Source: Candidatus Bipolaricaulota bacterium (GTDB lineage: Bacteria > Bipolaricaulota > Bipolaricaulia > UBA7950 > UBA9294). From it: a DNA stretch of 64,000 bases. The notes beneath the pieces are model-generated. The model saw only the letters and a list, made by a program, of their open reading frames with translations. It was not told where the DNA came from and ran no database searches. Made by a program: the position numbers and the translations under genes. Every line of letters begins with the position of its first letter. Position 1 is the stretch's first letter. Below are positions 39,045 to 49,300 of the stretch, piece by piece. The stretch covers positions 7,895-71,894 of the forward strand of contig JANQGM010000023.1 in assembly GCA_028277345.1 (NCBI GenBank), in the 5' to 3' direction.

Positions 39045-42000
39045 GTGAGCAGTTCATTCGTCCATCTTCATGTGCACTCGGAATTCAGCATCCTGGATTC
39101 ATCGTGCAAGATCTCCAAGCTGCTTGACCGTGCGCAAGAGCTTGGCATGGACACCATTGCCCTGACCGATCACGGCGTGATGAGCGGCGTCATCAAGTTT
39201 TACCGCCAAGCGCTTCGCCGCGGGATCAAACCCATCCTTGGCTGCGAAATCTACGTCGCTCCCGGCGATCGCCGCGATCGTTCGGGCAAGGCCGGACAGC
39301 GCTTCTTTCACCTGGTCCTGCTGGCGAAAAACGAGGTCGGGTATCGGAACCTCCTCAACATCGTCAGCTGCGCACACACCGAGGGATTCTACTATCGCCC
39401 ACGTGCGGACAAGGACTTGCTTCGGGAACATGCCGAAGGATTGATCGCGCTTTCGGCCTGCGAATCCGGCGAGATCCCTCGAATGCTGAAGGCGGGGCGA
39501 CCGGATGCCGCCGCCGAGGTCGCCCGTGAGTTTCAGTCCATTTTCGGGGACGACAATTTCTACATCGAAATCCAGCACCATGGCACGGAACGTGATGCCA
39601 AGCTTCGAGGTCAGTTGGTGGAGTTGGCCACGTCACTGGACATCCCGCTGGTCGCCACCTCGGATGTCCACTACCTGACGCTGGAGGACCGACTGGCCCA
39701 CGAGGTTCTTCTCAATATCCGCGCCAACAAGACGCTGAACGACCCGGATCACCGCGTTTTCGATGGCGAAGGCTATCATTTCCGTTCCGGAGAAGAGATG
39801 GAGGTGCTCTTCGCCGAGACGCCTGAAGCCATTGCGAACACACGGCGGATCGCCGATCGATGCGAACTCACCCTTGAGTTCAACAATGCCATGATCCCTC
39901 CGTTCGAGATTCCCGCGGGAGAGGGCACGGCCAACGAGTACCTTCATGGGCTGGCCTATGCTGGAGCCACCAAGCGCTATCCGGAGATTACGGAAGAAAT
40001 ACGCGAGCGGTTGGAGTACGAACTCTCTGTCATCGAGCGGATGGACTACAGCACCTACTTCCTGATTGTCTGGGATTTCGTCCGGTACTCGAAAGAGCAT
40101 GAGATCTCCGTGGGGCCGGGCCGCGGCTCAGCGGCGGGAAGTCTCGTCGCGTATAGCTTGGGAATTACCAGTGTCGATCCGCTGAAGTACAACCTCATCT
40201 TCGAGCGCTTCCTCAACCCCGATCGTATTAGCCTGCCCGATTTCGATATCGACTTCTGCGTCAAGGGTCGCGATCAAGTCATCGACTATGTCCGCCAGAA
40301 ATACGGCGGAGAGAAGTGGTGGACCCGGATTGCACAGATCGCGACCTACGATCGAATGGCCGCGCGTTCGGTTGTGCGCGATGTCGGACGCGTCCTTGGC
40401 ATTCCTTATTCCGAAACCGACCGCGTGGCGAAGCTGGTTCCCTTTGGGTGGGGCCTCGGCGATGCCGCAGAAAAAGTGGCTGAGCTAAAGGCGCTTCGCA
40501 ACTCCGACCCTCAGGTTCAACAACTCATCGAAATCGGACTGCGATTGGAAGGTTTGACGAGAAATGCTTCCACCCACGCCGCCGGTGTTGTCATTGCCCC
40601 TGATTCGCTATCCGCCCATGTTCCGCTGTTACGATTGGGCGAAGGCGAGTTCGTTACCCAGTTTGACATGGGAGATGTCGAAGCCGTCGGTCTGCTCAAG
40701 TTCGACTTCTTGGGTCTGCGAAACCTGACCTTGATCGATGAGGCCCGGCGAGCCTTGCGAGAATACGCCAATGTCGACACCTGCGTCGAGGATATTCCGC
40801 TCGATGATGCGAAAACCTTCGAGATGCTGTGCGAGGGCAAGACCTCGGGGATCTTCCAATTGGAGAGTTCGGGCATGACGAACCTGATCCGCCGCGTACA
40901 ACCGGATCGGTTCGAAGATCTCATTGCCCTGCTCGCCCTTTACAGGCCCGGTCCGCTGGAATCCGGAATGACGGATGATTATGTCGACCGCCGCAACGGG
41001 AAGCTGCCCGTTAAGTATCCCCACCCCTCGCTCAAGGACGTGCTCGAAGACACGTACGGCTTGCCCATCTACCAGGACCAAATCATGCTGATGGCGCGCG
41101 CGTTGGCTGGATTCACGCTCGCTGAGGCCGACATCCTGCGCAAGGCGATGGGGAAGAAGGACAAGGCCCTCATGGCCTCACTGCGCGTCAAATTCCTCGA
41201 AGGCTGCGCTGAAAAGGGCGTCGCCCGGCGAATCGCCGAACAGTCCTTCGAGGACATGGAGAAGTTCTCGCGCTACGGATTCAACAAATCGCACACCACG
41301 GCCTATGCCTTCATCTCGTATTGGACCGCCTATCTCAAGGCCAACTATCCCACGCAGTTCATGGCGTCCTTGCTCACCAGCGTCCAAGGCGATCTCGACA
41401 AGGTTGCCGCCTATGTCGCCGAATGCCGAGAGATGGGGATCGACATTCTTCCCCCCGATATCAACCAATCCCATCGCGAGTTCACCCCTATCGAAGAGGG
41501 AAAGATTCGATTCGGGCTGGCAGCCGTCAAGCACGTGGGAACGGGCGCTGTGGATGCAATCTTGGCGACAAGGGACGATCCGTTCGACTCGTTCTTCGAT
41601 CTCTGCCGCCGTGTGAAGCAAGATGGCTTGGATCGTGAATCGCTCGACTCACTGATCAAGACGGGCGCCTTTGACGCAACAGGCGCCACACGACGCGGGC
41701 TACTCCGTCACATGGGCGAAGGCATTGAGCTCATGCAGGACGCGCGGCGCGAATCCCTTACAGGGCAGACCTCCTTCTTCGGGGATGAAAAGACGGTTCT
41801 TGCCGATCCCGTCATCACGGAGGAGGAGTTTGAGCAACGCGACCTGCTGTCCTTCGAACGAGAGCTTCTGGGGCTTTTTCTGACGGCCCATCCCCTCGAC
41901 GAGCACGCAGAGAACTTAAAACTCTACTGTCTATCACTGAGGGAGATCCACACCTTGAACCTCGGCCAGCAAGTGCTGGTGGGAGGTCGGATCAAATCCA

Positions 42001-42473
42001 TTCGGCGAATTGACACCAAACGGGGCAACCAGATGGCCTTTGTCGCGCTCGAAGATGGAAACGGAGATACCGAGATAACGTTTTTCCCCAAACTCCTTGA
42101 GGCGGCTGACGCTCAGATTTCGGACGACGCGCTCGTTGGGATGATGGTCACCGCCGGTGAGCGCAATGGGGAACTCAATCTCGTGGCCGAGGAGGTTTTC
42201 CCGCTCACCGAAATCCCCCAGCGCGCCAAACTCGCCGTCACCCTCAAGCTCGATGGAAGTGTGCTTTCCGAGCCTCAGCTATCCATGCTTGCCAATACGC
42301 TGCTGCAGTACCCGGGCGACGCTCCCGTGCGTATCGAAGTCAAGGACACACTGGGATCGATCGTCGTCCTCGCCGATCCGCGCTTCTGCGTCTCTCCAAG
42401 CGAACACCTGCGCTCGTCCCTCACGGCGGTCACCGGTGTTCTTGAGGTCATCATGAAGAACGGACAGCCCTGA
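39045..42473 (+). CDS. dnaE: DNA polymerase III alpha subunit
   Basis: 1142 aa. PHP domain FVHLHVHSEFSILDS, palm motifs PDFDIDF and GLLKFDFLGL, and a C-terminal OB region. GTG start. Confidence 0.95.
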   Translation: MSSSFVHLHVHSEFSILDSSCKISKLLDRAQELGMDTIALTDHGVMSGVIKFYRQALRRGIKPILGCEIYVAPGDRRDRSGKAGQRFFHLVLLAKNEVGYRNLLNIVSCAHTEGFYYRPRADKDLLREHAEGLIALSACESGEIPRMLKAGRPDAAAEVAREFQSIFGDDNFYIEIQHHGTERDAKLRGQLVELATSLDIPLVATSDVHYLTLEDRLAHEVLLNIRANKTLNDPDHRVFDGEGYHFRSGEEMEVLFAETPEAIANTRRIADRCELTLEFNNAMIPPFEIPAGEGTANEYLHGLAYAGATKRYPEITEEIRERLEYELSVIERMDYSTYFLIVWDFVRYSKEHEISVGPGRGSAAGSLVAYSLGITSVDPLKYNLIFERFLNPDRISLPDFDIDFCVKGRDQVIDYVRQKYGGEKWWTRIAQIATYDRMAARSVVRDVGRVLGIPYSETDRVAKLVPFGWGLGDAAEKVAELKALRNSDPQVQQLIEIGLRLEGLTRNASTHAAGVVIAPDSLSAHVPLLRLGEGEFVTQFDMGDVEAVGLLKFDFLGLRNLTLIDEARRALREYANVDTCVEDIPLDDAKTFEMLCEGKTSGIFQLESSGMTNLIRRVQPDRFEDLIALLALYRPGPLESGMTDDYVDRRNGKLPVKYPHPSLKDVLEDTYGLPIYQDQIMLMARALAGFTLAEADILRKAMGKKDKALMASLRVKFLEGCAEKGVARRIAEQSFEDMEKFSRYGFNKSHTTAYAFISYWTAYLKANYPTQFMASLLTSVQGDLDKVAAYVAECREMGIDILPPDINQSHREFTPIEEGKIRFGLAAVKHVGTGAVDAILATRDDPFDSFFDLCRRVKQDGLDRESLDSLIKTGAFDATGATRRGLLRHMGEGIELMQDARRESLTGQTSFFGDEKTVLADPVITEEEFEQRDLLSFERELLGLFLTAHPLDEHAENLKLYCLSLREIHTLNLGQQVLVGGRIKSIRRIDTKRGNQMAFVALEDGNGDTEITFFPKLLEAADAQISDDALVGMMVTAGERNGELNLVAEEVFPLTEIPQRAKLAVTLKLDGSVLSEPQLSMLANTLLQYPGDAPVRIEVKDTLGSIVVLADPRFCVSPSEHLRSSLTAVTGVLEVIMKNGQP

Positions 42474-43810
42474 TGAGACCGCCGCTTCATCGCCTGTTTC
42501 GTTGGTTGATGCCCGGACTGGGGATCAAGCGCTGGATCACGCTGGCTTTCGTTTCCATGGGACTCGTCGTCATTGCCACGCTCTATGCGTTCGGCGCGGA
42601 TGTGGCCGCCGTGCTTGCTCGAGTGCTGCCGCTCCACACGGCCGCGCGCCATACCTTCACCTTCCTCATGATCGGAAGCGGCCTATTCGGGTTCTCGCTT
42701 TCACTTCTGCACCTGGTCCGCTCCGTGACCCGCGCCCTTGCCCCCCAGACGACGGAGAAGGCGTCCCGCCTCATCTACCAGCGCCGCATTCTCGAACGCG
42801 GTCCGAAGGTCGTCGCCCTGGGCGGAGGCACCGGGCTCTCTACGCTGCTGCGCGGGCTCAAGCAAATCACAACCAATATCACCGCCGTTGTCACCGTGAC
42901 GGACGATGGCGGAAGTTCGGGCCGACTACGCAAACAGGTTGATGTTCTTCCCCCTGGCGATGTCCGAAACTGCTTGCTGGCCCTGGCCAGCGATGAGGAA
43001 CAGCTCTCGCACTACTTCCAGTATCGATTGAGTGGGCCTAAAGAGCTGGAGGGACACGCGCTCGGAAACCTGCTGCTTGTCGGACTCGAACAAGCCACCG
43101 GAGGATTCGATCGCGCCGTCGAGGCCATGAGCCAGTTCCTGAGCATTCACGGCACCGTACTTCCCGCCACCCTTGATCAGGCCCAGCTCGTTGCCATTGT
43201 GGAAGATGGCTCACGCATCGAAGGAGAAACAGCCATCGCGGCGGATACGCGCGCCATTCGATCCGTTCAACTATCTCCCGCTTCCATCCAACCCTATGGC
43301 CGTGTGCTTGACGCCATCCAGGAGGCCGATCTCATCTTGCTTGGTCCCGGTAGCCTGTTCACCAGCCTCATTCCCAATCTCCTCATCGACGGAATCGCTG
43401 ATGCGATCGAGGAAGCTCCCGGAGAAAAGGTTCTCATCGCCAATCTCATGACGCAGCACGGCGAAACCGACGCTCTCAGCCTGAGGGATCACCTGGACAA
43501 GCTCTCCGATTACCTCAGACTGTCGCGCTTCGACACACTCCTGATCAACTCCGAGGCGCCGAGCGGAGAATTCTTGGCCAAGTACCGCGTTGAGGATGCT
43601 GAGCCGGTGATGGACGATCTGAGCGAGCCCAATGAATACGGTCTCGTGGCCATCCGTGAAGAGTTGCTCGGAACCGCAGAGTGGGTCGGAAAAGACACCG
43701 TGAAACACGACCCGGAGAAGCTGGCTCGCGCGATCGCCAAGCACACGCGAACCTTCGCCCAGCATCGATTCTCGGATACCGGACGTCCAAGCGACGTCTC
43801 TATCCCTTAA
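42473..43810 (+). CDS. yvcK: YvcK/CofD-family gluconeogenesis (cell-shape) factor with an N-terminal membrane anchor
   Basis: KVVALGGGTGLSTLLRGLK, VVTVTDDGGSSGRLR, GPGSLFTSLIPNLL. TGATG overlap with dnaE. The N-terminal ~100 aa contain 2-3 TM helices. Confidence 0.85.
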   Translation: MRPPLHRLFRWLMPGLGIKRWITLAFVSMGLVVIATLYAFGADVAAVLARVLPLHTAARHTFTFLMIGSGLFGFSLSLLHLVRSVTRALAPQTTEKASRLIYQRRILERGPKVVALGGGTGLSTLLRGLKQITTNITAVVTVTDDGGSSGRLRKQVDVLPPGDVRNCLLALASDEEQLSHYFQYRLSGPKELEGHALGNLLLVGLEQATGGFDRAVEAMSQFLSIHGTVLPATLDQAQLVAIVEDGSRIEGETAIAADTRAIRSVQLSPASIQPYGRVLDAIQEADLILLGPGSLFTSLIPNLLIDGIADAIEEAPGEKVLIANLMTQHGETDALSLRDHLDKLSDYLRLSRFDTLLINSEAPSGEFLAKYRVEDAEPVMDDLSEPNEYGLVAIREELLGTAEWVGKDTVKHDPEKLARAIAKHTRTFAQHRFSDTGRPSDVSIP

Positions 43811-45260
43811 CAACCGCCAAGGGACGAAGCTTGGCGACGGAGCAGCTGATTCCCGACTCCGTTGAGGCACGAACAACCTGCTCGATATCCTTATAGGCAC
43901 CGGGCGCTTCTTCGGCGATCCCGCGAGGAGAATGTGCCCAAAGCTGAATGCCCTGAGATTCGAGTTCCGTCTGCACGGTTTCTCCCCAGAATTTCTTGGC
44001 CGCCTTCTTTCGCGATAGTGCGCGGCCCGCGCCGTGGATACCGCTTCCAAACGTTTTCCGCATTCCAACCTCCGTTCCCCGCAACACATAGGAGGAGGTC
44101 CCCATCGTGCCGCCGACAAGAATGGGATGGCCGACGGCGCGGTAGGCGTTCGGCGCTTCCCCAGCTCCGAGAGCGAAGGCACGCGTCGATCCTTTGCGAT
44201 GAACGAGCAGTTGACGCGAGATGCCGTCAACCGTATGTGATTCGAACTTGGCGTTATTGTGGCCGATATCGTACAGCGTTCGGATATCCGACATTCCAAG
44301 CGATGTAACTTCATGAAAGATCGATCGCACAAGATGCGCGATCATTTGGCGGTTGGCGAAGGCGCAGTTGGCGCCGCACGCGACAGCGGCGAGGTAGTTG
44401 CGGCCGTCCGTCGAATCAATGGGCGCGCACACCAACTCACGCTCGGGAACCTCGAGTCCGTATCGCGCGGCGGCGGCAGCCATGATCTTTAGATAGTCTT
44501 GCCCAATTTGATGCCCCAATGCGCGCGATCCGGTGTGGATGGAGACAACGACTTGCCCTTCCGCCAATCCGTAGGCATCGGCCGCCGTTCGATCCAAAAC
44601 CGCCTCAACGACTTGAACCTCAAGATAGTGATTGCCCGATCCCAGCGTCCCGATTTGCCTGAACTGCCGTTGCTTGGCGCGCTGGCTGACCGTCGCCGGG
44701 TCGGCCGCCGTCATGCGGCCGCCCTCTTCAATGCACTCAAGATCCTCTGAAACACCATAGCCGGCGTCCACCATGTACTCCGCGCCCGAGATCAGAACTT
44801 GATCGAGTTCCGCGACCGTCAGGCGATACGCTCCCTCGGCACCCAACCCAGCGGGAATCGCCTCGAACAGCCGCTTTCCAAGCCGTTCCAGAAGCGGAGC
44901 AACGTCCTGTCGCATCAGCGGAGTGGCCAGCATTCGCACGCCACAGTTGATGTCAAAGCCGACGCCTCCCACCACAACGACGCCGTCAGCAGGGTCAAAG
45001 GCGCCGATTCCTCCGATGGGAAACCCGTATCCGGGATGAACATCAGCCAATGCGATCGCTCGGCCGACAATGCCCGGCAACATCGCGACATGGCGTAGCT
45101 GCCGGAGCGCCGACCACTGGGCACCGCCTGCTTCGTCCCGCCCTAGCTGTTCGACGGTGTCACGATCGGCGAACACGGCCCCCGGCACACACATCTCGGC
45201 GTCAGCCGGCAAGTGCCACTCTCCTGGCCCGATTCTCTCAAGCTCAAGCGCCGTTCTCAT
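43800..45260 (-). CDS. rtcB: RNA-splicing ligase RtcB
   Basis: Start MRTALELERI behind AGGAGG (5-nt spacer). DINCGVR, GSGNHYLEVQ, HTGSRALGHQ, and a C-terminal HRKGSTRA...GTMG. ORF-track start 45299 is an extension. Confidence 0.93.
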   Translation of the reverse strand: MRTALELERIGPGEWHLPADAEMCVPGAVFADRDTVEQLGRDEAGGAQWSALRQLRHVAMLPGIVGRAIALADVHPGYGFPIGGIGAFDPADGVVVVGGVGFDINCGVRMLATPLMRQDVAPLLERLGKRLFEAIPAGLGAEGAYRLTVAELDQVLISGAEYMVDAGYGVSEDLECIEEGGRMTAADPATVSQRAKQRQFRQIGTLGSGNHYLEVQVVEAVLDRTAADAYGLAEGQVVVSIHTGSRALGHQIGQDYLKIMAAAAARYGLEVPERELVCAPIDSTDGRNYLAAVACGANCAFANRQMIAHLVRSIFHEVTSLGMSDIRTLYDIGHNNAKFESHTVDGISRQLLVHRKGSTRAFALGAGEAPNAYRAVGHPILVGGTMGTSSYVLRGTEVGMRKTFGSGIHGAGRALSRKKAAKKFWGETVQTELESQGIQLWAHSPRGIAEEAPGAYKDIEQVVRASTESGISCSVAKLRPLAVVKG

Positions 45261-45268
45261 GCAGCCTC

Positions 45269-45697
45269 CTAGACATCGACCACGACTTGGGCAATCCATA
45301 GTCCGCTTTGCTCCATCCCGACCCGCAACCCGAGATAGCTAACTCCCTTGACCTCAGTTTTGGGCTGATGGCGATCCCGATCAAGCGGTTCGCCCCATGC
45401 GTCACCGATCAAACGGTACGATCCATCGCGTTCGTCGATGTTCACCTGGAAGTGCGAGAAGACCTGTCCGTTGAGGTCTTTTTGCGCCAGCAACTCCGAG
45501 AGCCATTCAACGAGCAGCTCCTCAAGACGGTTTGCACTGACCTGAACGGAATGGCGGGTACGCACGCGAACGGTAGCGACGTCCAGCATGATCGAAAACA
45601 GCGCGTGTGCGGCGGACTCAAAGACGGCCTCTCGGCTGTCCCCACGTACTCGGAATCCCACGTCGGCCGTGTGATCGACCCACTCGACGGCAACCAT
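45269..45697 (-). CDS. Archease (RtcB activator)
   Basis: 142 aa. VEWVDHTADVGFRVRGDS and a C-terminal VKGVSY... pattern. Its stop codon sits inside the rtcB RBS. Confidence 0.85.
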   Translation of the reverse strand: MVAVEWVDHTADVGFRVRGDSREAVFESAAHALFSIMLDVATVRVRTRHSVQVSANRLEELLVEWLSELLAQKDLNGQVFSHFQVNIDERDGSYRLIGDAWGEPLDRDRHQPKTEVKGVSYLGLRVGMEQSGLWIAQVVVDV

Positions 45698-46260
45698 CAG
45701 GATGCATCCTCGAAGCGCGATGTAAACACCGGTGAGTAGACGGCGCCACGAGAAGACAAGACACTCTCCATCAACTGCACCTCCTCGGCCAGAAACCGCA
45801 AATCGGGGGCCGGGGATAGCGAACTGAGGGCCGCGGGCAGGCTCGCATCAGGGCGGCCTTTCACACGAGCCATTGTCACGTGAATCCGATGATCGAGGCG
45901 GTCTTTAGGGAAGCCGAGCGCCTGAAGGCCGTTGGAGAAGGCCGAGCAGAGGGCGCGAAAGGCATCCGGCGCATCCCCTCCTACCCAGAGTACGCGTGCT
46001 CGATCCAGGGAAGGGAAGGCGCCCAATCGATTCAGCTCGCAGGCAAAGGGCTGGACGCGAGAGCAAATCTCAGCGCTCAGCTGAGAGAGAGGGACGGTCA
46101 ACGCGGGGTCGATATCACCCAAAAAGCGAACGGTCAGGTGGTAATTGCGGGCGGGGACCCAGCTTGCCCGCATCACGCACTGCTCACGCATCCTCAATGC
46201 AAGATCGGAAACCGTCGAGGCGACGGCTTGCGGAATCGGAATGGCAAGGAACGCTCTCAT
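45697..46260 (-). CDS. thpR: RNA 2',3'-cyclic phosphodiesterase (2H family, ThpR/LigT)
   Basis: 187 aa with two HxT motifs (HLTVRFLG and HVTMARV). 1-nt overlap with the archease start. Confidence 0.85.
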   Translation of the reverse strand: MRAFLAIPIPQAVASTVSDLALRMREQCVMRASWVPARNYHLTVRFLGDIDPALTVPLSQLSAEICSRVQPFACELNRLGAFPSLDRARVLWVGGDAPDAFRALCSAFSNGLQALGFPKDRLDHRIHVTMARVKGRPDASLPAALSSLSPAPDLRFLAEEVQLMESVLSSRGAVYSPVFTSRFEDAS

Positions 46261-46343
46261 GATACTCTGAGTTTACACGAGCCGAGCGCCGTTGAGGCCT
46301 CTCATCGCGTTGTGAGGTCACGGGATGCTGCTACAATACCGGC

Positions 46344-49300
46344 ATGATTCGACCGGCCGGAAGATGCCTCGCGACACTCATCCTCGTCCTTACCGTCTGC
46401 TCCCTATGCGGATGGGGGGCGGAGATCGTCGTTTCTCTCAATGGTGAAGGCGCCTTCACGTCGATTCAGCGCGCACTCGATGCGGCGAACTACGGCGATG
46501 TCATTCGGATCAACCCCGGCATCTATGAGGAAACGCTGATCCTCAAGTCCGGGGTGACACTCTCCGGCGCCGGTCGTGCAAGTACGGTGATTCGGAGCAG
46601 CTATGGATACGATCCCGTGATTCGCGGGCGCATCGTGGGCGCCGTCACTCTCAGTAACCTGACCATCGAACGCACAGCCACCCTGTTGGCCGCCCCAGTG
46701 ATCGATCTCGAATCATCGGATGTCGTGTTCGATAACTGCATCATCCGAGGCGGGCAAGCCGGGGGGGTTCGCTCGATTGGAACGGCGCGGCTTGAGATGA
46801 TCGACTGTACCATCACGAACAACGACGGCTTCGGCGTTCAAGTATCCGATGGCGGCCGGTTGGAGCTCTTTCGTTCGACGTTGCAACAGAACGACGGTCC
46901 CGGCCTTCATCTCGCTCAAGCCGTCGCCCAAGCCAGCGACGGCTCGATGGAATGGAATGAGACGCACGGCGTGCTGATGGAGGCCGGCAGCACCTTCAGC
47001 GGACAAGACCTTACGATTGCCAACAACGGACGATGGGGCATCGAGTGCGGGGGCACCTCGTCGTTCGAGCTTTCGAGGACCGAGCTATCGACACAGGCCC
47101 TGGGCAATGTCCTGCTCGAAGATCATGCGCAAGCATCATTCGATCGCTGTGACCTCAGCGGAGGACAACGCGCGGGCATCGAAGCCAGGGCAGATAGTTC
47201 GATCGACCTTCTTCGATCCTCGGTTCTGTCTGCGGCAGGAGACGGCCTGCTCCTGTCCGATCACACGGCACTTTCAATGAACTACGGGACCCTTGCGCAT
47301 TGTCAAGGAACGGGAGTCTCGGCGACCACGGAGGGCGTCGTCGCGATCATGCGATCCACGCTCTCATCCAATGGCGGCGATGGGCTGTTCTTCAAGGGCT
47401 CAGAGATCACGGTTTCTCACAGCCAAATCACGCTCAATGCGGGAATCGGATTGAACATACAGTTGACCCATCTTGTCGGCTCCACCCAGGATTTCTCCTA
47501 CAATAACGTCTGGGGAAATCGCGCCGGCGAGTTCTCTGGGATCAACCCCTCTTCTTCGGACAGCTCCATGGCTCCGGAGTACGCCGCCCCTGAAAACGGT
47601 AACTTCTCCCTGTTGCTCGATTCACCCTTCAGCACGGCGGGGCAATATGGCACACCCATTGGCGCTGCCGCCAATCCGCAGTGGGAGCGCGGCGCACGTG
47701 GAAGTCTCGGTTTCACGCGCCATGAAACGCCCCTTGGAGACTGGGAGGCCTCGGTCGATTGGATGGGGGAACGATCGCAGCCATCCCAGGGAACGGTGCG
47801 TTGGGACCTCGATGGAGAAGGGGTTCAGGCCGGCATTCTGTCGCAATGGGCCTGGCTTTCGCATCAGCGGACGAAGTTGACGATCGCCTATGCGCCATCT
47901 CAGCCCCGTGAGAGCCGTCCGGGCGTGCTCCATCCCTCCCTTGGCATTCGCGGCGTCCTCGATGGAGACGCCTCGCGATGGAGCGCATGGGGAGATTTGA
48001 GCATTGTCGGGCGCGCATCCGTGCTGCGTGTGGCGACCTCCTACGAACTCCCCACCGGACGTTCGATCCAGCGCCTCGCGCTTGATTTTCGCAACCTCTC
48101 TCTCAGTGCCGATGCCACCGGGTTTCTCCTCAACGATCTGGCGATCAGGTGGGCCCAGGAGTTCGACCACCCTCGGTTTGCACTGTCACTCAGTGCCAGT
48201 CTGGACCTCATTCCTCAGTCCCGCGCCGTCCTTCGCGCGCGCTGGCCCTTTCAAGAAGGAACCGCCTCACTGCAAGCCGAGACCTACCTGGAGCAGTGGA
48301 CGACGTCTTCGTTTCGCTTCGACTGGACGGATTCAAGCACCCTCGATCTCTCCCTGGCGCTCGCACTGCGCGAAGGCCGTTTCGATGATCTCGAAATCGA
48401 GTCGCGAATTCGGGCTCGTGGGTGGACCCTGTCCGGGCTCGTCGGCACGCATGCACTAGAAGGTCCCCGCCTGCGCATCGCGCTGACGCTGGCCATGTCC
48501 AGCTGGTTTCTGCCTCGTCCGAATCAACCACCCCTCCCGGCGCTTTCGATCCGTCCTTCCGAACCCGAGGCCGGCGAGCTCATCTACTTCGATGCCTCGG
48601 AATCGCTTGATCCCGATGGAATGATCGATCAGATCTGGTGGGAGTTTGGAGATGGCGGTGTCGCCATCGGAGAGCGCGTTCAGCATACCTACGCCGACCC
48701 AGGCCAATACTCGCTGACCCTTCTCATCTCCGATGACAACGGCGATGTGACATCGCACGTCAGCACAATTCGCATTGTTGAACGAAGGTCGACGCCGGCA
48801 GCCTCCTTCATCTGGGCGGCCGCAAGTCCGGACGGCACTCGGCTGCCGCACCCTGCGCGCGCCGGCGACTATGTGCTGCTCGATGCCGCGGAGTCCTATG
48901 ACCCGGACGGCAGCATCGTCGAATACGGATGGGACTTCGACTCCGACGGCGTCTTCGACCGAACGACGGCTGAACCACGGGTGTTGCGAGAACCGTTCTC
49001 CGCGGGCTCCTGGCCGATCACCCTCCGCGTGGTGGACGATGCGGGACATGCGGACTCCATCATGCGCGTTGTCCTCATCGAGGAGCGCAAGCCTCCTGAG
49101 GCAGGATTTGAGTTATCCCCGACGAACCCTGCGGTCGCGGATCCCATTCGAATCAGCGATGCGTCAATTCCACGGGACCACCCGATCGTGGCGTGGAACT
49201 GGGACTTCGGAGACGGCAAGGCCTCGGATCTTCGCGAGCCCACGCACCGATTCATGAACAGCGGGATCTATACGGTTCAGCTCACGGTGCGCGATGCCTT

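Noticed and set aside
43271-44332. 353-aa minus-strand ORF spanning the yvcK 3' end and the rtcB 3' part
   Set aside because: It crosses two well-supported convergent genes in a non-coding frame. Arg/Ser/Pro-rich.
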